From Felis catus (Eukaryota): a DNA stretch of 64,000 bases. Below the pieces are notes generated by a model. It was not told where the DNA came from. It searched no databases and saw nothing but the letters and a program-made list of their open reading frames with translations. The stretch lies in NCBI RefSeq assembly GCF_018350175.1, contig NC_058368.1:18230001-18294000 (forward strand), written 5' to 3'. Within the stretch, counting starts at the first letter, position 1, and every line of letters begins with the position of its first letter. Below are positions 24,350 through 36,460 of the stretch, piece after piece. The translations under genes and the position numbers were made by a program.

Positions 24350-25070
24350 GGCCGGTGTCAACCCAAAGCCGGGGTCCCCTCAGGCAGGAGAGAGGGGCAA
24401 ATGGATTGGGCGCAGCTTATGCGCTGAGGGCACGGTGTGGGTGCGCAGGGGGTGCAAATGAAGAAGAACACGCTGTGTAGCAGCTGCCTAGACAGCTGAA
24501 TTCTGCAGGTGGCATAAAGGGGGGACGCGCTACGTCCACTTTGCGGTGCTGAAGGCATGTCCGCCGAGCACAGCTGGTCTCCAAGGCCTTTACAGGGCTG
24601 GATCCTATTTCACGCAACGGCCGAAAAGAATTGTGCGGCGATGTGACCCTTGCACCGCTCCTGTCGTGGTCACTTCGTGGATTTTTTTTCTAAGCTCCTC
24701 AAGAGTGGTTTTTTGCAGGTCCCCGTGCATTCTGACAGCAGTCACTAGAGGGCTCACGGGGACACCTTTCGGAGCTGCCCTCTAGAGGTGGAGCCCGGGA
24801 AGGGGGCGCTGCCGCTGTCCTGCCGTGGGAGCTCTGGTTGCTGATTGGAGGGCAAGCGGGTCAGGGAGGAAAAGGCTGCTGGAGCCCCCTAGAGGCAACA
24901 TATTAGTCACCCATGAGGACGACACTCGGAGCAGTCACATCTGCGCGGTCCCATACGTAGTCGCTCACCAGGTGGCGCGGTTATGGAGCACTTGATACGT
25001 GGCTGGTTCAGACGGAGACGGGCCCACGGTGCCAGAAACACCCTGGATCTCGAAGGTTCAGCCCGAAAGA
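24350..25070. promoter_or_regulatory. CpG-island-like element with clustered CTCF-like motifs
   Basis: Roughly 40 CpGs in about 720 bp (hand count). CTCF-like motifs at 24741-24755, 24774-24788, 24796-24811, 24881-24897 and 24964-24978. Confidence 0.65.
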
Positions 25071-25254
25071 GAGGAAGACAAAATGTCTCCACATGTTGAT
25101 ACTGATTATGTGTTGAAATTATAATATATTGACTATAGTGGGCTAAATACAGGATCTTATTAAAATTAAGATCCCTCATTCCATACTTTTACTTAAAAGA
25201 AATTTTAAACTGCATACGTCTGTGGCTCACATTGGATTTCCACCGGACGGTGCT
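24941..25254 (-). mobile_element. MER33-like hAT-Charlie MITE, near full length
   Basis: Termini ctgcgcggtcccata / caccggacggtgct. Internal gagcacttgatacgtggct, atgtgttgaaattataatat, ttattaaaattaa and tgtggctcacatt match my recollection of MER33. Confidence 0.75.
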
Positions 25255-26911
25255 ACCAAGCCCCTCCCCAACGAGAAAGAGTAAGTTGGACGGGCTGGGA
25301 GCCTGCCGTGGAAAGCCAGAATCGCCGAGGAACCTTGGGGAAAGGCTTGAGGCAGTTTATGGAGACCCTTCCACACGCTCCTCGTGGGGGTGGGGTGGGG
25401 GGGGCGCCAGGAGGGGGAGGGTAAGAGGGGGCCGCAGGAGGAGCTCCCTTACAAGTTTGATGGCGTCAGCCCAGAGACAGTGACCGTCCCTGCATGAAGT
25501 GGTCCAGCCTCAATCAGGAGCCTCGTCCATCTCTCCGGACACTGCTGAGAAGCAGCCACATCTCCCGGACGCTTGTGGCACCACGCTAGTTTCCGATTCC
25601 ACGTCTCCACAGATCACTTTCCCCATCTATAAAGCCTCAAGCCTGATGCACCTGTCCAAAACTGCACCATTAAAAAAGTCTATGTGTCAGATTCAACTCA
25701 ACACCCAGCATATTAAATGCTTTCCATGGTTGCCCCAGAGTTTCTGTGTGAATCAGAACAGATGACTAATGTCAAGCAGACATTACAGAAGGGGAAAAAA
25801 ACCATCTTACACATGCATTTATCTTTTTTTTTTTTTTTTTTTTCCAGGATAGAAGAGTTCGACCATTTAGCATTTCAAGACGGGGAAAATGAACTTTCAT
25901 GAAATACTGCTGGTTGGGTGATCTGTCTCTTTAGAGGCAGACACATCTGACCTTTCTGTTAACATCACCTATCACTGCCTGGCGTGTGTCAGACAGATAA
26001 GTATGTTGGGCGTCACCTCCTTTTTCAGAGCAACACAATGGAAATCTTCCAGCCTCTTCCTCTTTCGGAAGGCAGGATTTCTTTACCTTTCGATACTTTT
26101 TATGTAACTTGCTGAAGACAGATGAATAATACAAGCTTTTAAAGCAGAGGTTTCCCAAAAGGTTTGGCCACAGCCAGGGTGAAGGATCAAAGCCAATAGA
26201 AATGGAAGCAACCGTGTGAAGTAATGGGGAAGTAATGGCGTGTGAAGTAAAATGGTGACTTTTAATTCTAATTCCTAGGGCACTGATGTGGGCATCCCTT
26301 AGACTCTCAAAGTGGCAAGAGCTACTGATGTCAATATCCAAAGTTCTGCTTCCAGAATAAGTCTCTGGCCTTCCCGTGGCATTTGATGATGTCTCCTTAC
26401 TGTCTCACCTCCTGCCCTCCATGACAGAGGTCCGCATTTGACCCCACAGGCACTGCCAAGGCCATCCCATAGGGCACTTCCTCCCTCTACCTCTCCCCTT
26501 CAACCTTCCCAAAGTAAAGAACCCAGGCCTCTTCCACCTGCCAATCAAAGTTGGGAAACCCTTTCTTTCTATCGTTAGCAATGGTAATCAAAATGCATTT
26601 CACTTTAAGAAAGGTAGGGTTGGCATTTGACAAGGAACTGCGTTTCGTTCTAGAACACACACAACAGAACCATGTGTATCTTTCAGCAGTAGGTTCAAGG
26701 GATGATTTTAAAACTATCGTACCTCAAACATACACCGTTGCCAAATGCTACAACTCTAAAGGGGACCCCCCTCATTGATCAGACAAGTTGCAACACATCT
26801 GGCAGAGGTCAGCCCTGCCACCCATGCATGTGTAGTTCTGTTCCCTAGCATTGCACTCCTTTTTGCCTGAACTCTATTTCATCCCTGGGAGAAGGAAGTG
26901 AGGTGATTCAC

Positions 26912-27399
26912 TGTCAGAAATACCAAATAAAAGCTGTGCTGTCTAGTTAACAATAGGTTTACAGTTGATTGGAAATATGTACAAACCCCCTCCCCCCACA
27001 ATGGAGTACCGAAGGCTTAGACGCTTCCCTTCCTGGCTCTTCTTCCCCTCTCCATTTCCCTGGCTTATTTTTTTTCCAGGCTTTGCCAAGAGCATGTGCC
27101 AAAGAACTGAAGTCTCTGCGTCCCCTCAAGGAATGTACTTTTGTCCAATCAGACTACTTTGGGGCCTTAACATGAGCATAGGTGACTTCCAGGTAAGGCT
27201 GTAACCTCTGTAGTACTCAGCCAATGAGGAATCGGGGGAAGGACTTCACACTAAGAGATAAATTGTCTGCTGTGACTGCCCCAGTGTGCCTGTCCTTCAG
27301 ACACCTGCTCTTGCAAGAACGTTGATTAAAGCTTCCTTTCACTGTACTCAGAGTCTCCGAGTCCCTCTTTGGATTGGGTCAATGGACTTCTTTCTCACA
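26912..27399 (+). mobile_element. Solo LTR, probably ERVL-class (family not assigned)
   Basis: TG...CA ends with inverted termini tgtcagaaa / tttctcaca (8/9). CCAAT (cagccaatgagg), TATA-like gataaa and polyA signal attaaa occur in LTR order. Confidence 0.75.
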
Positions 27400-29049
27400 A
27401 TCCCTTTCAAAACAGAAGCAAAGTTCATTTTGTCTTTTGGTTTGAGGTTTTTCCGACATTTTTTCAGACTTACTGAAGCGATAGCTCACCTCCTTTTGTA
27501 CCCGCCTTTCGATCCCAGTTCAACTTCCAAAAACGCAGACTGAAGCTTGTTCGCAAAGTGCTAAGGGGAACGAATACAAAGAAGTTAAGATGCCTAGCAT
27601 GTAAAACATGCTTCTTGATCTTGTTTAGATCTCGACTATTTCTTTCATCAGTTAATATCCAGTTTCTCCTCTGCCCAAGAACTTCTGGTAGAAACTCTGA
27701 CAAGGGTCAATGGAGAAGAATTGCTGCCTCCAAGGGGCAGTTAGTGAAGAAACAAGAACTAAACAAATACACAGCTATGGGAACGACACAATGTGCGGGT
27801 GCCCAGCGTGCACACAAATCAACGGTACTATGGATCACGCTCCACGTTTTCAATTTCTAATGTTGAGCCCCCTATCTATTGCTAATTAAAACTCTTTAAA
27901 ATGCAAGAAATGCTGTAATTATTTGGGATAAAATTCAAGCCCACCACAAGTCCGGCCACGAGCTGTCTCCGCTTCATACTGTTGCCAATATTTTGTGCCG
28001 GCAGGGCGGGGTGTGTCTAGAAGCCACAGGTGTTGCAGAGGGCCAGCTGTGAAAGCCAGGTGGGTGGCAGGGGACGGGCAGGAAGGAGAGGTCGAGAGGG
28101 CTGGGGTGGGAGCCAGCCAGCAGGAGTACTGGGCGGGGAGGGGAATGGTGGCAAAGCAGAGCGGGTAAGACGGAAGCTTTGGGCTTTGTCAGAGGCATAG
28201 GCAGGGCCATTAAGGAGACAGAAAGCTAAGACCAGAGGGTGGTGCTCCCGGAGCTGGCCAGCTATGTAAATGGAACACCTTGCAGCTTTGGGTCAAACTG
28301 CTTCAACCTGCCTTCCTATCCGCCCGATGTGCCAGAGAAAGCATACAATTCCCAATCCTGTTCATCGCCACAGTTTGTGTGTTTACGGTGCCTGAAACTT
28401 TTAACGAGTCAACACATCTCCCTTCTTCTACAGACTCTCAGATCTGTGGTTCTACCTCCTAAGAGGCATTTGATATCCTTGTCTTGGGTTTTAGTTTTAC
28501 ATTTAGGCAAAGAATTGCTTGGTTTTCAAATAATTTTCGTTGTTATCATGCACCAAGTCGTTTATTTTAGAATCCTGGGATCTTTCAAGTAATAAAGCCC
28601 AAAGAACTGATGCGCAGGTAACAGGAATGGCTGCTTTGGTTCTTGCTATTGTTAATGTGAATACTATCAGCATATTACTATCGGTAACAATACAGGCATC
28701 CTTAAAAGCAATGAGGAGATAAGAAGGTCTTTTCCGAGACAGGTCCTTCTGCTGCGGCAGAAAGATCGTATCAGGTTTTAAAAGGAAGAACTAAGGTATT
28801 TGAAATCTAGGGTCATCCCGTTGCCTCAAAACACAAAGCAGTGCTTTTGGCCGTGATAGTAATTTCATACAATGAATAAAAATTAAAAACCTCTAATACA
28901 TCTGAAAACACAATTTACCAAATTTTACTCGCTGGTAATTACAGACTACATTGAGTTACTATGACAAATGTTAATGGCACATGGGAAGCTAAAGTCTGTT
29001 TTCCCATTGGCTGGTGAATGGTCTTTAACTGCTAGGGAAGACCAGTACA

Positions 29050-29077
29050 GTAAACAGGAAGTCATCTCCATGGCAAC
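29050..29077 (+). promoter_or_regulatory. Candidate enhancer core: FOX:ETS composite plus RFX X-box
   Basis: gtaaacaggaagt (29050-29062) followed 1 bp later by atctccatggcaac (29064-29077), in non-repetitive sequence. Confidence 0.45.
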
Positions 29078-30818
29078 GGGCCATTCAACTTAACTTTTTA
29101 ACACATGAAGAGGTAATTACCTTATTTTTTATTTCCATTTTTATAATTTTCACAGTTTATAATAGCAGTGAGGACCTTCGGGGTCAGGCATTTCCTGGCT
29201 GTTAATAACAGGCTGATTTAAGGCCACCAATGCTTAAACGTTGTGCCAATTTTTTTTTTTTTTTAATGAAAAGAGAGCTGTAATTTTTTTTTTTCCTTCC
29301 TGAAGTCCGTAGCATAAATAAATGACAGAATTTTATGTTCACACACATGGTGTTTTGATTTCCTGCTGACGATAACATCAGGGAGGGGACTGATAATCAG
29401 CCAGGGGGTTGGGGAGGAGGGTGGCGTGGGGGCGGGGCTCGGGGTGGAAAAACTGAGAGTGGATTCCTCTGGATGGCAGGTTGGACGATAAAACCGGGGG
29501 AAGACAGGACTGAGGGCCACGTAGGGCAGAACTCAGAACAGGAAGACACACAGCCTCAGAAACCAGGGAATGTTCTGTTGGAGGCAATCATCAGTCCATG
29601 GTTCCTTCTGAACTCACCGCAGGGGCCAGAGTCCAGGGCAGTCTCTCTGGCCTTTGCCCACCCGGGGAAATTTGTCTTCGGTAGTAGGAGGTAACCTTAG
29701 TGATCTGTGTGTGCATCCAAACACCTCGGGACAGCCCGCAGTCATGGGTTGTCTTGGGAACAAGAGAGAAAGATTAGGTGGTCATTCCCTTAAGTACCAG
29801 AACAGCCCCTTGGGTAGCTGGAACACAGAACCACCCTCCGTGGGAGAGGCCAGGCCCAGACGGAGGAGCACCTCACTCCTCAGCCGCGCACAGGCGAGTT
29901 TTCAGGCAGCTGTGAAGTCTGTCCTCCAGCTTCAGTCTCTGAAGGGAAGAAGGAAAAGACCCAAGAACCCAGGGGGCAATCGTTTTCAGCTCTTCCTGCG
30001 TGCAGCACAATCTTGTTAACTGAGAATGTGTGCACGTCGAATGTGAAAATGGGAAGGCAGGAAGCACATCTCTGACGGCCACACATTCTGCAGCCAGAGC
30101 CCTGGGAAGCCACCCCACTGCCACTAGGCACCAGAGAGGCCAAGGGAAGAGACGCTCCAGATGACAGAGGGGAGGGAGGCTCCCCGTCCAGAACTCAGAC
30201 CCGAAAAGGCTCTCAGCACAGAGAGATGGCATCTGCAGGCAGAAAGGGAAGCCTGAGGCCGGAGAAGAGGGAAGCAGGGGGCAGAAAGTGGAGGCGGACA
30301 CACGGCCCAAACACGGACACCTCAAGACTCTCGGAGATGCCCAGCAGAGGCGGTATTTCCTCGATAGATACCGAGAGTCTGCACAGTTTGAGACACGATC
30401 ATGTTCAAGTTTTATTAAAAAAAAAAAAACAAAAACAAAAACAGAAATTCATTTTATGTTTTCCCCCAAGCTATCTGATTAGCACACAGAAGCCATCATT
30501 GTTGAAGGCCTGGATGCCACTGACAGAACGTCCCAGGAGCTGTGTTGACAGCGCAGGGCCCCGGGCTTGCACTCATGCTGTTGGAGAGGGATCCACTCAG
30601 ACCTCCCTCGTGGGGATTTTGTGATCACACGCAGCAACCACATTGACAAAAAAGGCTGAGGATGAGGGGCCATGAAAGCTAGTTCTTTTCCTGGCCAGTG
30701 TCTCCTCACAGGTTGTATTACCTTGAAATCTGAGATCCTGGGGTCTGCTCCTTGGCCCATAATCCAAAATCAGACCATCTGGATTTTCCAGCATTATTCT
30801 TAAGATAGTTTTGCCCAC

Positions 30819-31017
30819 GAGGCATTGAGTGGCTCGGTCAGTTAAGTGTCTGACTCTTGATATCGGCTCAGGTCATGATCTCATCGTTCGTGGGCTCGAG
30901 CCTGTGTGGACCGCGTGGAGCCTGCTTGGGATTCCCTCTCTCCCTCTCTCTCTCTCTGCCCCTCCCCTACTCATGCTCTGTTTCTCTCTCAAAATAAATA
31001 AACATTAAAAAAAAAAA
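30819..31017 (+). mobile_element. Carnivore SINE (older subfamily)
   Basis: SINE body and A tail. TSD aagatagttttgcccac (30802-30818) / aagatggttttgcccac (31018-31034). Confidence 0.95.
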
Positions 31018-32007
31018 AAGATGGTTTTGCCCACAGAGGTCAGAATTCCTCTTCTCAGATTAGGGCTTCTCAGATCTGTGATTTTTCTTCTATTCCCTCA
31101 AAAGTCGCGGTCAGTTTGTGAAAAGTTGTTCAACAACGTGCTAAGTGTAGGCGTGTCCGTCCTCCCTCCAAACTTTCCTTATCCCAAATATCAGTTGAGG
31201 CTATGATTGGATTTGATCATGCCTTAATATTTTTAGCATCCTCCAGAGGAGCGTTATACTGTTATGTATTGTCAGCTACATCCTGCCTAAGTTACCATAA
31301 ATATTAATAAAAAGAATCCTTAATAAAGTTGGATAGAATTGCGGGGAAATGGCAGTGCCTATCGAGTCTTCTGTGTGCCAAGCACCGCGTGAGCCAAACA
31401 GGTGTTTCCTTCAGCCCACACAAACCTGGGTGCAGCAAAGACAGCATTGTGTTTGTTCTCCAGCTGACTTGCAAAAATAGGCTTTCCAAAGGAGCCCTTC
31501 TTCTGATTAGGCTGAGAGAGGAACCCTGACCACATCTCACAAACCTTCATGATCTGAAGAGTGTCCCTCGGGTGTCAAGTGATGCTGGGACCCCATGGTG
31601 GGGTGCGGGCATGGCCACACTCCTTTTGACTCTAATGCTGATGGAGGATGCGTCCCTCATGTCTGCACTGCGTGGAAGGATCAGTCTCATTGCTGCAAGG
31701 CCCTGGTAGGGGCTTTGTTGGTTGTCAACACAGTTCATTTTCTTCGACTGAATTGAAAGCTCCGGGAGAGATGCCACCCTTCCTTTGTTTTCTGATGCCA
31801 TCTCCAGGTCAGCAACATAGTAGGTGCTCAATAATTTTGAATGACTGGAGTCCACATGAGCTGCAGCCTACACCAGTCATGGGAAATCCATTGGCTTCCC
31901 TCTCCTAGGGCAGCTTCCAATTCATGCTCCTCCAGCCAGCTCTCTTGGTCTTTCTCAGAAGGTTCCTTCCCCAACACCAAACAAGTTGACCATATATGCA
32001 TTCTCTC

Positions 32008-32117
32008 TAGATATAGATAGAAACAGAGATATAGATATAGATATAGACATAGATATAGATATAGATATAGATATAGATATAGATGTAAGAATGGAGATAG
32101 ATTAGAGATAGACAGAT
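32008..32117. repeat. (ATATAG)n hexamer-type microsatellite, degenerate
   Basis: Read directly from the sequence. It explains the YLYLYL ORF. Confidence 0.9.
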
Positions 32118-32204
32118 ATGCCCCTCTTGCAGTCTTTTGTGACATGCTATTGTCACCAAAAACTTTCGCAAAGTCACCACTAGCATTTCAGAATCCTTCC
32201 TTTA

Positions 32205-32428
32205 TTTTTTTTAAATTTTTTTTTTCAACGTTTATTTATTTTTGGGACAGAGAGAGACAGAGCATGAACGGGGGAGGGGCAGAGAGAGAGGGAGACACAG
32301 AATCGGAAACAGGCTCCAGGCTCTGAGCCATCAGCCCAGAGCCCGACGCGGGGCTCAAACTCACGGACCGCGAGATCGTGACCTGGCTGAAGTCGGACGC
32401 TTAACCGACTGCGCCACCCAGGCGCCCC
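32205..32428 (-). mobile_element. Young felid SINE
   Basis: CpG-intact body. TSD gaatccttccttta (32191-32204 / 32431-32444). Confidence 0.97.
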
Positions 32429-33769
32429 TGGAATCCTTCCTTTAAACAATAGGTGGATTTACCTTCTTTAAATTTCTTAACTGAGATGTTCTACTATGCC
32501 CTTGCCTTTGTCACATGTGCCACACGTTTTGCCATGAAACACTATTGAGACTGGAGTAGCAGTGAGACACATATCAGACTTTGCAGCCATTCTTAGGAAA
32601 CTATCACTCTAGTAACAGACTCCCTTGTTCCTCTCTCTTTTGTCCCATATGCTTTCAACAGCCCTGGGACATCACTAGAGTAAGTGACAAGCTCAAAATT
32701 GTTTCTGTGGTTTAAGGCCAATGGCTATGGACAGATTTGCTTCCTGCGTAGCTTGGAGACTCATTTTCCATTCTCTGACACCAGATCCTCTCAGGCTCCC
32801 AAGAAGTAAACACCAAATGCTGCCTGAAGTAGTCTGATGTAGATGGGGACGTCTTCATGTAGGAGGTCAGATCCAGATTGAATATTTGAGGAGGGGTGGC
32901 ATCTCGATGGGGTGTGACCACGGTAGGCACCACAGCAGGAGCTGTCACAGAAGGCAGTGGAGTGTGCACGTGCCTGTGGTGACGGGTGGCAGGGCTGATG
33001 GTGGGTGTCCGTTCCAGAAGACATTAAAAAACACCACAAGGGAGTCAGAATCTCAAAGTCCAGCGTGAGAACTGGGTCAGAAATCAGAGAACGTAAATCA
33101 GGTTTCAAAACAGAAGTCGGGTCTACCAGGGGAGATCCAGAAGGAGTTCCCTGAGTAGTTTGTTTGTGACTCAGTTGCTGTAATTGGCTTGGCTCCATGG
33201 GGCTACTCCCCTTTTGGATTAGCTTGAAAGCTCTGCTGAGTCTTATGGGAGGTACAACACAACAGAAGCAGCAGGGTCACCCTAGGTAGCGTGTCTCTTT
33301 AGAAGGGAAATGGAGGAAATTAACCCGTCAAGGGAAAAGTTTCACACCAAGACCTACGGTTGGGTGTGGCCTGAAGGGCCTGGGGAATCATGAGAGGGTC
33401 TGGGACTAGACACAGAAGCCACCGGGGAACCATGGCAGACTTTGCAATTCACGCAACACATGTGTGTTAAATATCTATAGTGAGTCAGGCACTGAACCCT
33501 GGGAGGCTCTGAAGCAGTGGCTAAGGAAACTCAACCGAGGGGTAGTCTGCAGGGAGGGGTGGGTGGGAGGTTGAGGGACAACAAGTAGATTTGGAGACAT
33601 ATAAAACCTAAGTAGGCCCACTCAAACCAAAACAGTTAAAAACCATGGCAAGGATCGGGGTGTTCACGCTTCCTTCATTTCCCTACTTTGCTAAATGTCC
33701 TTCTCAGGATGGGGCGAGACAAGACTCCCTAGGGTTTTCATCAAATCCGAAGCAGATCAACTTCATCCA

Positions 33770-34690
33770 TTCACTCTTTTTTTTTTTTTTTCCATTTGAC
33801 AAATATTTATTGAATACTCGCTTGTCTCTAGGTACTGTGTCAAGTACTAAGGACATATTGGTACTCGAGGCAGACACAGTCTGTACAATCATGGAGCTCA
33901 TAGTTAAGAACAGGTGCTGGGAAATGTTGTTGTAAAGGGACAGACACTAAATACTTCATGGTCCCTTTGGCAACTACTCAACTCTGCCTTTGTAGCGCGA
34001 AAGTGGTCATATACAGCACGCAGATGAATGGCGTGGCTATGTTTCAGGGACACTTTATTCACAAAGACAGGTGCCGATCCAAATTTGGCTTGTGGGTCAT
34101 AGTTTGTTGAGCCCTGGTCTAGGAGGGAAGTCCCTAAGGATGCAATTGTAATAAGCATACTGATTGTTTTGAAAGGAAAAGAGTGACAAGAGAACAGAGA
34201 GCCTCAGATCCTAGCAGTCTAGTAGCCTAGAAGTGAGTATGTGGTGTTTAAGCTGAAATCCAAAGGCTCAATAATAAATTAGCCAAGTTGGACGGGTATT
34301 GGGAAGTTGGAGGAGCAGAGAATATTCCAAGAGAGGGACAAGCATGGCCAAATGCCTCAACACAAGAGAGGCATGGGGAAGCATTCAGAGTGTCTAGAAG
34401 GAAGAATGAAAGACGGAAAATGACGAGAGATGAGACTACAGACACGCGTGAGGGCTGGTAAAGCATGCGGAAAAGTTTGGACTTTGCATAACCTAAAACA
34501 ATGGGAAGCTCTCACCAGGTTCTTAACATGGGAGTGACATGACCACATTTGTGTGCTTGTACACTCCCTTCACTGTGAGACAGTTCAGGCAGAAGTTGTC
34601 AAGCTGGGTGCCAGTTAGAAAGTTGACGCCCAGTCCACATAAGAGATAATGGTGGTCTGAGGACGGAGGTGGTGGAGATGATGGGGGTCA
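33770..34690 (-). mobile_element. LINE-2 fragment interrupted by MER58A
   Basis: Antisense L2 end (cattcactc...aaatatttattgaatact) and body (aatgggaagctctcaccaggttcttaacatgggagtgacatgacc). Confidence 0.7.
33911..34116 (+). mobile_element. MER58A-like hAT MITE
   Basis: cagg...ccctg termini. Internal gcaactactcaactctgcc, gaatggcgtggctatgtttca, actttattcacaaagacagg. Confidence 0.85.
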
Positions 34691-35309
34691 GTGGACCCCC
34701 CCTTACTGCTGGTTAGAGTAAGCTATAAGCAACAGGCTCAAAAACTGTTGCGGTGGTTTTGAGGAGCTGACTCCCACCCTGTGCAGGGCCTCATTCTACT
34801 GCTTTTTGCTTTCCGAGAAGAGGGGAGAGACTTTGAAGAGAGAAGGGATACAATTAAGGAAGGCAGGAAGTAACTGGAAGGGTGTGTGGGGGAACAGGGT
34901 TAAAAGGCAACTCTTTCCTTTCCGGTACGTGAGAATGTGCACTAGAATAGACTTTCTGGATGGGTTATGTGCGCTGTGTGAAATAGAGGCTCTTGTTCAC
35001 ACATGGTTAAACCCATGCCAGTGTTGATGAATGAATTCCCTGTAACTAATGCTTCTAAACCCTCTGATGTGCTTTGTCTGAATGTGGCAGGAAGGAGTGT
35101 ACCCATTGCTCAAAACTATTAACTGACCTGATTTGGCATCTTGGAATGCCTAGCAGACAGCAGAATCTTCTTTCTAAGCACTTTTAAGTGTGGCTTCAGA
35201 GAAAGAAGGAGAATTAGCTGTCGTTTCAACATATTTTAAAGGTTTTTGAAAGGGATAGCTGATTTCAAAAAGTCTGGAAATATTAGTGCCAGGAAAAGCT
35301 AGACGCTGA

Positions 35310-36460
35310 ACCATTGCTTCCAATCCCACGAAGCATTAGGTTGGGTTGCATCTTAGCAATCACTCGGGCAAGATTCACGGCCACACACGCACACACACAC
35401 ACGCGCGCACACACACACAAGAAGCCACAACAAATGTCTTCACCTGTGATAACACATTACTTGAAGATCACTCTATGCGGCGAAAGCAACAGGTATTGTT
35501 GGGAACAGAGTGGATGTGTGTTGAAAACAGGTTACACAAGATTCGTGCCGAAAAATCTCTCGCGCTCCAAATCTCCGCAGCGCAGAAATGGACAGAGGAA
35601 TAAAATAAAAGCCAGTGAGTGTATCTCTCAATAGGAGAGAATCCAATCTGGAGGGTGAGAGCTAGGACGAGTCATGTCGGTCTGCCTCTTCCTACAGCAG
35701 CTCCTTTTGTATAGCCCCCCGCCCCGCACGTCTAAGTGGGCCGGAAACAGCACCATCCATTGAGGCCTGGGTGCACTCAGCATCTCGAGGCCCAGGGTCA
35801 TGACCACCGCATGACCCGACATCGCTGTCTACACAGGACAAGAGAAGCCAAGAGGACAGAAACCAACTGCCTCGGGGTGGCTCCATCCAAACCTGTTATC
35901 AAGGAATGAGTCTTCTCCTACCCCACCTCACCCTCCCTGTGCATGTGCACTGAGTTGGCTGATTTTATTGTGTAAGTACTCAGCATAAATAACTGCCTAA
36001 TTGCCAACTTTTTCCTCATAGAGCAACTCACGTGATGCCATTTTATGCAGCTGGGCGTGAACGACGCGGGGAATGCTGAGCCTTCATCAAAGTCTGGAGT
36101 TGTGGACTGCCTCGTTTAACCCAACACGTTTGCAAACCACTGGTAGGCGGAACCATTTTCTACACTTGTTTGTATCCGCCATGCCGCGAATGCAGAGGCT
36201 CAATAACTGAGGTGAGAAATGCACGGTTTGGTTTGTGGTCTTCCCATGGCCGCGTGGCCCTCAAAAGAGGCTTACTCACAACCCCACTCCGTGGTGTGAC
36301 TTTCTTTTTTTGGTTGAGTACTACGTGGGACAACGAAACGGCTTGGAACAAACTGAAGGTTTTCTGCCCCAACCTTAATACTGACTTCAGGCAGATTCCT
36401 TGCAGTGACTTGCAGCTGTGACTGTCATCCCGCCACGGGGAAAGTGTCAGCAAGACCAAG
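35310..36460. promoter_or_regulatory. Weak CpG-island-like region (candidate promoter/enhancer)
   Basis: About 45 CpGs in about 1.15 kb of apparently unique sequence (hand count). GC box at 35714-35727, ETS core ccggaa at 35741-35746, E-box cacgtg at about 36029. Confidence 0.45.

Noticed and set aside
29654..30624. Several overlapping 120-150 aa ORFs
   Set aside because: These are expected in GC-richer sequence, occur on both strands, and show no domain or codon-like signal.
32791..33198. 135-aa minus-strand ORF
   Set aside because: It has no recognisable homology or splice context. It may be a degraded ancient LTR, but I cannot assign it.
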